Shown here: positions 52,548-64,000 of the stretch, piece after piece
How positions within the stretch are numbered: the first letter of the stretch is position 1
How the letters are laid out: every line of letters starts with the position of its first letter
Source of the DNA: the human T2T-CHM13v2.0 reference genome, Homo sapiens
Assembly: GCF_009914755.1 (NCBI RefSeq)
Contig: NC_060928.1
Length of the DNA stretch: 64,000 nt
Direction: 5' to 3' (one strand)
Notes under the pieces: generated by a model
What the model saw: only the letters and a program-made list of their open reading frames with translations
What the model was told of the DNA's origin: nothing
Database searches by the model: none
Program-made: the position numbers and the translations under genes

Positions 52548-53407
52548 TGAGGAGGTTCCAAGATGGTCGAATAGGAACAGCTCCAGTCTACAGCTCCCAG
52601 GGTGAGCAGCGCAGAAGAGGGGTGATTTCTGCATTTCCAACTGAGGTACCAGGTTCATCTCATTGTGGCTTGTCGGACAGTGGGTGCAGCCCACTGACCG
52701 TGAGCCAAAGCAGAGCAGGGCATCGCCTCACCCAGGAAGCACAAGGGGTTGGGGAATTCCCTTTTCTAGCCAAGGGAAGCCATGACCAACAGTACCCGGA
52801 AAATCAGGACACTCCCACCCTAATACTGCACTTTTCCAAAGGTCTTAGCAAATGACACACCAGGAGATTATATTCCGCGCCTGGCTCGGAGGGTCCCATG
52901 CCCATGGAGCCTTACTCACTGCTAGCACAGCAGTCTGAGATCAAACTGCAAGGCGGCAGCAAGGCTGGGGGAGGGACATCCACCATTGCTGAGGCTTGAG
53001 TAGGTAAACAAAGCGGCCTGGAAGCTCAAACTGGGTGGAGCCCACCGCAGCTCAAGGAGGCCTGCCTGCCTCTGCAGCCATAAAAAAGGATGAGTTCATG
53101 TCCTTTGTAGGCACATGGATGAAGCTGGAAACCATCATTCTGAGCAAACTACCACAAAGACAGAAAACCAAACACCGCATGATTTCACTCATAGGTGGGA
53201 ATTGAAAAATGAGAACACATGGACACAGGAAGGGGAACATCACACACCATGGCCTGTCATGGGGTGGAGGGCTAGGGAAGGGATAGCATTAGGAGATATA
53301 CCTAATGTAAATGAGAGTTAATGGGTGCAGCACACCAACATGGCACATGTATACGTATGTAACAAACCTGCACGTTGTGCATATGTACCCTAGAACTTAA
53401 AGTATAA

Positions 53408-53442
<35 letters not shown>
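52548..53442 (+). mobile_element. Internally deleted L1PA (L1PA5-like): 5'UTR fused to the 3' end
   Basis: Begins gaggaggttccaagatggtcgaataggaacagctcc. At ~53073 it jumps to gcagccataaaaaaggatgag, then 3'UTR and (TAAA)n tail. 15-bp TSD aaaaattgaagctga at 52533-52547 and 53443-53457. Confidence 0.95.
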
Positions 53443-53444
<2 letters not shown>

Positions 53445-53681
53445 AAATTGAAGCTGACAGAAAAAGAATTTTTTTTGAAAAGAAGATGGAATTAAAAACA
53501 TTTCCTGTGTCTTTGAAACTTGTATCTCATAAAATATCTGCATTGCCATGATTTATTTTTGTCAAAGGCATTTGAATACATATGATTAGAAATAATTCAA
53601 AGATTAATATTTATCATTTTAAGTGCTAATTTTAAAGCTAATTAATAGTCTTATTAAAGTCTAAATAATAGTCACATTTTA

Positions 53682-55042
53682 GAAACAGAACAGAGACCTC
53701 AGAAATAACACCACACATCTACAGCCATCTGATTTTCGACAAACCTGACAAAAACAAGCAATGGGGAAAAGATTTCCTACTCAATAAATGGTACTGGGAA
53801 AATGGCTAGTCATATGCAGAAAACTGAAACTGGACTCCTTCCTTACACCTTATACAAAAATTAACTCAATATGAATTAAAATCTTAAATGTAAAATCAAA
53901 AACCATAAAAACTCTAGAAGAACACCTAGGCAATACCATTCAGGACATAGGCATGGGCAAAGACTTCATAACAAAAATGCCAAAAGCAATTGCGGCAAAA
54001 GCAACTGACAAATGGGATCTAATTAAACTAAAGAGCTTCTGCACAGCACACACACACACACACACACACACATACATACACACATATACACACACACACA
54101 AACTATCATCAGAGTAAACAGGCTAACTACAGAATGGGAAAAAATTTTTGCTATCTACCTATCTGACAAAGGTCTAATATCCAGAATCCACGAGGAACTT
54201 AAACAAATTTGCAAGAAGAAAAAACACATCAAAAAGTGGGCAAAGGATATAAACAGACATTTCTCAAAAGAAGACATTTATGTGGCCAAAAAACATGAAA
54301 AAAAGCTCAACTTCACTGATTATGAGAGAAATGCAAATCAAAACCACAGTGAGAAACCATCTCATACCAGTCAGAATGGTGATGATTAAAAACTCAAGAA
54401 ACAATAGATGCTGGTGAGGCTATAGAGAAATAGGAACAGTTTTACACTGTTGGTGGGAATGTAAATTATTTCAACCATTGTGAAAGACAGTATGGTGATT
54501 CCTCAAGGATCTAGAACCAGAAATACCATTTGACCCAGCAATCCCATTACTGGGTATATACCCAAAGGAATATAAATCATTCTACTATAAAGACACATGC
54601 ACATGTATGTTTATTGCAGCACTATTTACAATAGCAAAGACTTGGAACCAACCCAAATGACCATCAGTGATAGACTGGGTAAATAAAATGTGGTACATAT
54701 ACACCATGGAATACTATGCAGCCATAAAAAAGAATGAGATCATTTCCTTTACAGGGGACATGGATGAAGCTGGAAGCCATCATCCTCAGCAAACTAACAC
54801 AGGAATGGAAATCCAGACACCACATGCTCTCGCTCATAAGTGAGAGTTGAACAATGAGAATACATGAACACAGGGAGGGGAACAACACACACTGGGGCCT
54901 TTTGGGGGATGGCTGATGAGGGGAGGAAACCTAGATGATGGGTCAATAGGTGCAGCAAACCACCCTAGCACACGTATACCTATGTAACAAATCTGCATGT
55001 TCTGCACATGTATCCTGGAACTTAAAGTAAAATAAGAAAAAA
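53682..55042 (+). mobile_element. 5'-truncated L1PA (L1PA8-like): ORF2 3' part plus 3'UTR
   Basis: cagaaataacaccacacatctac, gacaaacctgacaaaaacaagcaatgggg, 3'UTR. TSD agtcacatttta. (CA)n expansion at 54048-54100. Confidence 0.92.
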
Positions 55043-55401
55043 CAGTCACATTTTAAGTGCTAATTAACAGTCTAATTAAATGAATTTCTAAATCATTCAT
55101 TTAATAAGGCTATTAATTGTATACTTGTTTTCATACTTATTGTTATCGTCAATTAAACAACACCATACTTCTGAATCAAAAATACTGCAAGCATTTCCCT
55201 TAACTTTTTCTAAATGACATAGAATTTCTTTTTGTTTTTTTACCCTATTCCTGGAAAGCAGGATAAATGACACAGAATTTCTTGATTAACCAGGTCAATA
55301 GGCAGCAGAAAAGCTGGAGAAGAGGTCATGGGTAAGGTAAATAGCAATTAAAATAAAATCAGTGAAAATGTGACATAAAGTATATTTAGTAAGATACTTT
55401 C

Positions 55402-55707
55402 AACCAGGCACAGTGGCTTACGCCTTTAATCCCATGATTTTGGGAGGCCAAGGCAGGTGGCTCACTTCAGCCCAGGAGTTTGAGACTAGACTGCGCAACA
55501 TAGTGACATCTCTACAAAACATGCAAAAATTAGCCAGGCATGGTAAGTTGCACCTGTGGTTCCAGCTCCTGGGGAGACTTAGATGGAGGGATTGCTTGAG
55601 CCCAAGAGGCATAGGTTGCAGTTAGCCAAAATCACAGCACTGCACTCCAGCCTAGGTGACAGTGCAAGACCCTGTCTCAAAAAAATAAAAAATATAAAAA
55701 TAAAAAA
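55402..55707 (+). mobile_element. AluJ-like, full length
   Basis: Dimeric Alu (gattgcttgagccc) with A tail. Confidence 0.92.
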
Positions 55708-55977
55708 CTTCAGATAAAATTATATCTAGTATTGAGATTAAATGTAATACTATGTATTATGTTTCTTTTGTGAGGTAAACTCCTTTTCACTGATACAACA
55801 GTAATTTTTTTGTCTTGCAAAGTTCTCTACCAATTTTAAAACCCCTTGATAGAAGCACCATATAAAAGCAATTTACTAATATTATTTTCATTAAACTATT
55901 CACCAGAGATCTATACTATTATTTGAACAGCTATAATCAAATAGAAGTTTCAAACTTATCAATGTGTAGGTTTAGAT

Positions 55978-58075
55978 GGGACACCAGAGCTAAGATGGCA
56001 GATAGGAGGCAAGACTAGCTTGCAGATCCCACTTGGATGGACAGAGCAGAGTGTGGAGACCCATATCATGAACTTTTGCTTCAAGAAGTACTGCAGGAAC
56101 ATACCAGGAAAACCAAGATAATCCATAGACCCTTTGAAAGAACTGGATCACCACTGCAGGCTCCTTGAGACATGGAAAAACTGTGAGTCTGCCAGCTTTC
56201 TCAGTGGGGAGGCTCATGGTCTGAGGAAAGCTCTCAGCCATGGCCACCGGTTGCCTGGAAATAGACTTGGTTCTGTTGAAGGGGCATGGTGGGAGTGAGA
56301 ACAGCCTTTACGACTGCCAGCTGCATGAGAGAAGGGTGAGGTCTGTGACTGCCGGCTTTCCCCCACTTCCCTGGTGACCTCTATGGCTCAGAGAGGGCAG
56401 CCATAATCACCCTGAGAATATACCTCCATTGGAGTGGGACCACACCCCCGTGCCCCACAGCAGCTGCAACAACCCCCACCTAATGAGAGGCTGAGCTCAG
56501 ACACACCTAATCCTGCCCCCACCTGGTGATCTTTCTTTACCCACCCTGGTAGCCAAAGACAAAGGTCATAATCTCTTGGAAGCTCTATGGCCCTGCCCAC
56601 CTGAGAAACTTGAATACCTAACCAGGTGTCCCTAAGGCAAGTTTGCATCCTCCCTATAGGACCACAGCTGATGTACTCTTGAAAGCACTACCTCCTGGCT
56701 GGAGGCCAACCAACACAAAACCAGTGCACTAAACAAAAACACAACCAAGAACCCTCACAGAGTCCACTTCACTCTCCCGCTACCTCCACCGGAGCAGATG
56801 CTAGTATCCATGGCTAGGAGACCTGAAGACAGATCACATCACAGGACTCTTTTGCAAACACTCCCCAGTACCAGTCCGGAGCGTGGTAGCTCTGCTGGTT
56901 GGCTAGACCTGGAAGAGCAAAAATAATCACTACAGTTCCTAAGGCAAAGGGGAGAACACCACACCCAGGGAGCACCCCATGGAACAAAAGAATCTGAACA
57001 GCAGCCCTTGAATCCCCTTGAATCCCAGATCTTCCCTCTAACATAGTCTACCCAAATGAGAAGGAACCAGAAAAACAACTCTGGTAATATGACAAAATGA
57101 GGTTCTTTAACACCCCAAAAGATCATACCAGTTCACCCGCAATGGATCCAAACCAAGATGAAATCTCTGAATTGCCAGAAAAAGAATTCAGAAGGTCAAT
57201 TATGAAGCTAATCAAGGACGCACCAAAGAAAGGTGAAGTCCAACTTAAAGAAATCAAAACCCTAATACAGGATATGAAAGGAAAATTCTTCAGTGAAATA
57301 GATAACATAAATAAAAAAAATCACAACTTCTGGAATCAAAGACACTCTTAGAAAAATGCAAAATGCACTGGAAGGTCTCAACAAAAATAGAACTGAATAA
57401 ACAGAAGAAAGAACTTCGGAGCTCAAAGACAAGGCTTTTCAATTAACCCAATCCATCAAAGACAAAGAAAAAAAGAATTGAAAAAATGAACAAAGCCTCC
57501 AAGAAGTTAGGGGCTATGTTAAATGTCCAAACCTAAGAATGATTGGTATTCTCAAAGAATAAGAGAAATAAAAAAGTTTGGAAAACACTTGAGGGAATAA
57601 TCGAGGAAAACTTCTCCAGCCTTGCTAGAGATCTAGACATCCAAATACAAGAAGCTCAAAGAACACCTGGGAAATTCATTGCAAAAAGATCATCGCCTAG
57701 GTACATAGTCATTAGTTTATCTAGAGTCAAGACTAAGGAAAGAATCTTAAGACCTGTGATGCAAAAGTATTTGGTAACCTATAAAGGAAAACCTATCAGA
57801 TTAACAGCAGATTTCTCAGCAGAAATCCTGCAAGCCAGAAGGGATTGGGGTCCTATTTTTAACCTCCTTAAACAAAACAATTATTAGCCAAGAATTTTGT
57901 ATCCAGTAAAACTAAGCTTCATAAATGAGGGAAAGATACAGTCTTTTCTAGACAAACAAATGCTGAGAGAATTTGCCACTACCAAGCCAGCACTATAAGA
58001 ACTGCTCAAAGGAGCTCTAACTCTTGAAACAAATCCCCAAAATATACCGAAATAGAACCTCCTTAAAGCATAAAT
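55978..58075 (+). mobile_element. L1PB-like 5'UTR plus disrupted ORF1, 3' portion absent
   Basis: 5' end aagatggcagataggaggcaagactagcttgcag. ORF1 remnant from 57056 (MRRNQKNNSGNMTK) and track ORFs DLDIQIQEAQRTPGK and GKPIRLTADFSAE, broken by stops and frameshifts. Confidence 0.9.
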
Positions 58076-58246
58076 TGTGTATGTTTAAAGGAAAAGTTTG
58101 CCTGTTTATTTCAGACATTTTAATGAGTTTCATGCAAATTGAATAAAACCATCATTACCATATAATAGATATTTAAAAAACTGATTTTTCATTTTTTACT
58201 TTATTATGTGTAAAGGACATACATGTAATGCAATATATGCTTCTTA

Positions 58247-59446
58247 CAGTCATACATTGATTAACAATGGGAATATGTTCTGAGAAATGCATCCTTTGGC
58301 AATTTGGTTGTGTGAACATCATTGAGTGTACTTACACAAACTTAGATAAGACAGCCTACTACGTACCCAGGCTATATGTAGGAAAGCAATTGTTTATTAG
58401 TGAAGTGCTTTTAGCCTATTGCTTCTAGACTACAAACCTGTACAGCATGTTACTGAACTCAATGCTGTAGGCAGTTTTAACACAATGGGAAGTATTTGTA
58501 TATCTAAACATATTTAAACTAGAAAATGAACAGTAAAAATATGATATGAAAGATAAAAGTAGTATACCTGTACAGGGCACCTACCATAAATGAAGCTTGC
58601 AGGACTGGAAGTTGTTCTGAGTGAGACAGTGAGTGAGTGGTGAGTGAATGTGAAGGCCTAGGACATTACTGTAGACTTTATAAACACTCTACACTTAGGC
58701 TACACTACATTTAAAAAATACATGTTTTTCAATAATAGATTACTGTAAATGTTTTACTTCATACACATATTTTTAACTTTTTGACTGTTTTGTAATAACA
58801 CTCAAAAAACAAACACATTATACAGCTGTACAAAAATACTTTCCTTCTTTATATCCTCATCCTATAAGCATTTTTCTATTTTAAAAATTCATTTATCTTT
58901 TACTTTCTAAACTATTTTGTTAAAAACACAGACACAAACACACAAGTTAGCCTAGGCCTACACAGGGTCAGGATTATCATTATCACTGTCTTCCACCTCC
59001 ACACCTTGTTCACTATAAGGACTTTAGGGGAAATACCACACACGAGGCTGTCATCTCCTCTGATAACGCCTTCTTCTGGAATACCTCCTGAATGATCTGC
59101 CTGGGGCTGTTCCACAGTAAACTTTTAAAAATATATCAGTAGAAAGAGTTCACTCTAAAATAATGGTAAAAAGTATAGTAAATACATAAGCCAGCAACAC
59201 AGTGTTTATTATCAAGTATTATGTACTATTCATAATCTCATGTGCTATACTTTCATACAACTTGTAGCACAGTAAGTTTATTTATACAAGCATTACCATT
59301 TACATGTGAGTAATGCATCATAGCACCACGTTAAAATGTCTATGACATCAGCAAGTAATAGGAATTTTCAAGCTCCATTATAATATTATGGCATCATCAT
59401 TGTATATATATCATTGATCAAAATTTCAACATGCAGTGTATCACTG
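58247..59446 (+). mobile_element. Tigger3 (Tigger3b-like) DNA transposon derivative
   Basis: Termini TA|cagtcat and tcactg|TA with TA TSD. gttctgagaaatgcatc and gtgagtgagtggtgagtgaatgtgaaggcctaggacatt are Tigger3 motifs. ~1.2 kb. Confidence 0.88.
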
Positions 59447-59899
59447 TATAATTAAATGTATAATATATAACAATAAAATGTATATCATTCATATGTACAG
59501 ATACTTTTTTTTAAAGCTTGAATATTTTGCCCCCTTGGCCTGAATTTATACATTATTGCTAGGGATGTGCATTTGGGAAATAAGAGTACATCTCTCAGCC
59601 TCAAATTTCTTATTTTCTCATAAATAAAATGTTATAACTATGAAAACAAAATATATCTCTCCAATGGATAAAAACATTAATTGTAATATCTCTAATACTT
59701 ATACTCTTAATCTATATAGCATATAGAAATATTGATCAGTTTCCCAATAATGCTGCATATTGTGAGATGTTAATTGGTGATCTAAGAAAAAAAATTCATC
59801 GTCAAATAGATTTGGAAATTATTGAAAGACTGATCCATTCACAAAATTGTGAGTAATTTGAATAAGTAACATATGGGCTATGATCCTGTGAGGGAATTA

Positions 59900-62800
59900 T
59901 TTCTTAAAGACAAATAAAACTTTTACAACTGAAAACTACTACACAAAATGAAGTAAAATTTAAAATGTATTGAATAGGATCAGTATCAAAATGGAGATAT
60001 CAGAGTAAAACAGAAGAGAAACAATAGTTTTAAAGAATGTGTACAGAACCATAAGACCCTGTGCATAGCCCAGAAAAATCTAAAATTTGAATAATTTCAG
60101 TCTCTGAAAAAGAGAAGTATGAGTGCAGAAATAATGGCTTAAAAATTCTTAAATTTGGTGAAGGTATATGATGTGGTTTGGATCTGTGTCTCCATTCAAA
60201 TCTCATCTTGAATTGAACTCCCATAATTCCCACATGTTATGGGAGGGACCTGGTGGGAGATAAGTGAATCATGGGGGTGGTTTCCTCCATACTATTCTTG
60301 TGGTAGTGAATAAGCCTTACGAGTTTTGATGGTTTTATCAGGGATTTCCACTTTTACATATTCCTCATTCTCTCTTTGTCTGCTGCCATCCACATAAGAT
60401 GTGATTTGCTCCTCCTTGCCTTTGGCCATGATTGTGAGGCTTCCCCAGCCACATGGAACTGTAAGTCCAATTAAACCTCTTTCTTTTATAAATTGCCCAG
60501 TCTCAGGTATGCATTTATCAGCAGCATGAAATTGAACTAATATGTAAATTGGTACCAGTAGAGTGGGGTGCTGCTGAAAAGATACCTGAAAATGTGGAAG
60601 CAACTTTGGAACTGGGTAACAGGCAGAGGTTGGAACAATTTGGAGGGCTTAGAAAACACGAAAATGTGCGTAAGTTTGGAACTTCCTAGACACTTGTTGA
60701 ATGACTTTGCCCAAAATGCTGATAGCAATATGGACAATAAAATCCAGGCTGAGGTGGTCTCAGATGGAAATGAGGAACTTATTGGGAACTGGAGCAAAGG
60801 TGGCTCATGTTATGTTTTAGCAAAGAGACTGGTAACATTTTTCCCCTGCCCTAGAGATTTGTAGAACTTTGAACTTGACAGACATGATTTAGGGTATCTG
60901 GCAGAAGAAATTTCTAAGCAGCAAAGCATTCAAGAGGTGACTTGGGTGCTGTTAAAGGCATTCAGTTTTATAAGAGAAGCAGAGCATAAAAGTTCAGAAA
61001 ATTTGCAGCCTGACAATACAATAGAAAAGAAAAACCCATATTCTGAGGAGAAATTCAAGCAGGCTGCAGAAATTTGTCTAAGTAATGAGGAGCTGAAGTC
61101 AATCCCTAAGACAATAGGGAAAATGTCTCCAGGGCATGTCTGAGGTCTTCACGCAGCCCCTCCCATCACAGGCCCAGAGGCCTAGGAGAAAATGTTTTTG
61201 TGGGTGAGGCCCAGGATCCCTGTGCTGTGTGCAGCCTAGGGACTTGGTGCCCTGCGTCCCAGCCACTCCAGCTGTGGCTGAAAGGGGCTAGTGTAGAGCT
61301 TGGGCCTTGGCTTCAGATAGTGCAAGCCCCAAGCCTTGGTAGCTTCCACATGGCATTAAGCCTGTGAGTGCGCAGAAGTCAAGAATTTGGGTTTGGGAAC
61401 CTCTATCTAGATGATTTCAGATGTATGGAAACACCTAGATACCCAGGCAGAAGTTTGCTGCAGGGGCAGGGCTTTCATGGAGAACTTCTGATAGGGGAGT
61501 GCGGAAGGGAAATGTGGGGTCGAAGCCCCCACACAGAGTCCCTGCTGGGGCATCTCCTAGTGGAGCTGTGAGAATAGGGCCACTGTCCTCCAGACCCCAG
61601 AATGGTAGATCCACCTACAGCTTGCACCACGCACCTGGAAGAGCTGCAGACACTCAATGGAAGCCTGTGAAAGTAGCCAGGAGAGAGGCTGAATATACTC
61701 TGCAAAGCCACAGGGGTGGAACTGCCCAAGACCATGGGAATCCACCTCTTGCATCAACATGACTGGGATGTGAGACACGGAGTCAAAGGAGATCATTTTG
61801 GAGCTTTAAGATTGACTGCCTCTCTGGATTTTGGAATTTCATGGGCCCTGTAGCCCCTTTGTTTTGGCCAATGTCTCCCATTTGGAAGAGCTGTATTTAC
61901 CCAATGTCTGTACCCCCATTATATCTAGGAAATAATTAGCTTGCTTTTGATTTTACATGCTCATAGGCAGAAGGGACTTGCTTTGTCTCAGATGAAACTT
62001 TGGACTGTGGACTTCTGAGTTAATGCTGAAATGAGCTAAGACTTTGGGGAACTGTTGGGAAGGCATGATTGGTTTAGAAATGTGAGGACATGACATTTGG
62101 CAGTGGCCAGGGGCAGAATGATATGGTTTGGTTCTGTGTCCCCACCCAAATCTCATCTTGAGTTGTACTCACATAATTCCCACGTGTTGTGTGAGGGACC
62201 TGGTGGTGGATAATTGAATCATGGGGGCGGTTTCCTCCATACTGTTCTTGTGGCACTGAATAAGTCTCAAAAGATTTGATGGTTTCATCAGGGGTTTCTG
62301 TTTTTGTGTCTTCCTCATTGTCTCTTTGCCTGCTGCCATCCATGTAGGACATTAGTTGCTTCTGCTTGCCTTTGCCCATGATTGTGAGGCTTCCCCAGCC
62401 ACACAGAACTGTAAGTCCAAATAAACCTCCTTTTTTATAAATTGCCCAGTCTCAGGTATGTCTTATCAGCAGCAGGAAAACAGACTAATACAGTATACTT
62501 ACAGATTTAAGAAGTTCAGTAAAACTCAAATGGGATAAATGCACAAAAAATCCATACCCAGATGCATCACAATCAAATGGCCAAAAACTAAAAACAAAGA
62601 AAAAACACTTGAAAGCAACTCTTGAAAATATTACGTTACATACTGAGGATCAAGAATTCACATGTTTTGGGATTTATTGGAAAAGATAGAGGTAAGAGAA
62701 CAGTAGAAAATATTTCTAAAGAGCTGAAAGTAAAGAACTCTTGACCCAGAATTCTAAATCCAGTGAAAATATTTTTCAGGAATAAAGGAAAAAAATAAAA

Positions 62801-63640
62801 CATTCTCAAATGAAAGGAAACTAAGAGAATTTGTCACCCATTATATCTCATTAAAAATCTATATAAAAAGGAAACAAATAATAAAATGGTAGACAGAAAT
62901 ACAAACATATCAATAATTACATTAGCTGTGCATAGTCTAAAAATTAAAATACAGAAATTGTCAAGTTGAATTAAATTTTTTAAAGACTCAATTTTGTGCC
63001 AGTTACAAGAAATCTATTATAAATATAATCAGATAAATAAATTAAAAGTAAAAAGATGAAAAATGACATACCATTTAATCATTAACCAAAAGAAAACGTA
63101 GTAGCTATATTAATATCAAATGAAGTTAATTTCAGAGCATGAAAAATTGTCCAGATTAAAAATATTAAAAGGGCTAATTCACTGACAATAAACAAACTAT
63201 TCTAAATGTGTCTTCACATAACAATGAGCCTCCAAAGTACATGAAGAAAACCTGCTAGAACTGAAAGGAAATAAAAAAGACGTATCTACAATTATAGTTA
63301 AAGACTTTAGCATTCCTCTCTTAGTAACTGATATAAAAGAAAATCAGCAAGGATATAAAAAATTCTTAAACTGGACTTCAGTAAAATAAAAGCATTTTGC
63401 TCTTCAAAAGACATTGTTAAGAGAATGCAAAGAGCAGCTATAGACTGATTAGCGAAAATTGCAAATCACATACTTAACAAAAGGCTTGCATCCAGAATAT
63501 AAAAATAAATTTCAAAACTCAGCAATAAAAAAGCAAACAACCCAATGTCTTTTAATGGGAAAAAGATTGAACAAATACTTCACAAAAATGTCAAGTAAGT
63601 ACACGCAAAGATGCTCAATATTCTTTGTCACAATGATTAA
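59900..63640 (+). mobile_element. Old L1M fragments (ORF1 end, ORF2 pieces) split by THE1
   Basis: ORF1-like sequence is continuous across the THE1 TSD (aaatttggtgaaggtata|cttacagatttaagaagttcag). ORF2-like atatcaataattacatta follows, then 3' ORF2 pieces. Confidence 0.7.
60169..62492 (+). mobile_element. Full-length THE1 MaLR provirus (LTR-int-LTR)
   Basis: 5' LTR 60169-~60543, internal region, purine tract ggggcagaa, 3' LTR 62119-62492 ending gactaataca. 5-bp TSD GTATA at 60164-60168 and 62493-62497. Confidence 0.97.
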
Positions 63641-64000
63641 CCATAGTAACAGTTGCTACAGGTTCTTACACATGAAATCATGTTCAGTTGGCTAAATGTT
63701 TAAATACTAAAATAAAATACCTAAATACCAGAAATGGCTCAATGGCTTGCAATCAAATTTTCACAATTTTCCTTTCATTTTATGTTGTAAAAAGGTAGAA
63801 ATAATATAAATATTTTAGAGTCAAAGTTTTAAAATAAAAATATGTGGAATATTATATCATTGTGCTTTCTCCTATTTTTATATATGTTAGCTGTTTATAT
63901 ATTACCATCTCCTGAAACAGAGTAGCAAATAAAGTGTAAGTTGCATTTTCCTCTATTTTATTGACTAAAGAAAGTATGCTTTTATAATAAAGGGTATATG

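Noticed and set aside
57056-58070. L1 ORF1 as an intact CDS
   Set aside because: Multiple in-frame stops and frameshifts.

Overview
AT-rich mammalian DNA, almost certainly primate and probably human: it carries AluJ/S/Y, L1PA, THE1 and MADE1 elements. It looks like a large intron or gene desert. A large share of the window is interspersed repeats (Alu, L1, L2, MIR, MaLR/ERVL LTRs, Tigger3, MER94), several nested and with readable target-site duplications (TSDs). I could not recognise any protein-coding gene. The ORFs in the track are repeat-derived or look like chance ORFs. I see no convincing new biological system. The most unusual structures are: (1) three fold-back inverted repeats, namely a ~113-bp-arm hairpin of apparently non-TE sequence at 18.7-19.05 kb, a perfect 49-bp AT-rich palindrome at 3.7 kb and a 26-bp template-switch scar at 29.06 kb; (2) a ~0.9-kb 'mini-L1PA' with its 5'UTR fused directly to its 3' end inside one TSD; (3) a palindromic CTCF-like site; (4) several exon-like or recursive-splice-like motifs in TE-poor stretches. 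Repeat subfamily calls come from my memory of consensus sequences, and boundaries are approximate unless a TSD is quoted.
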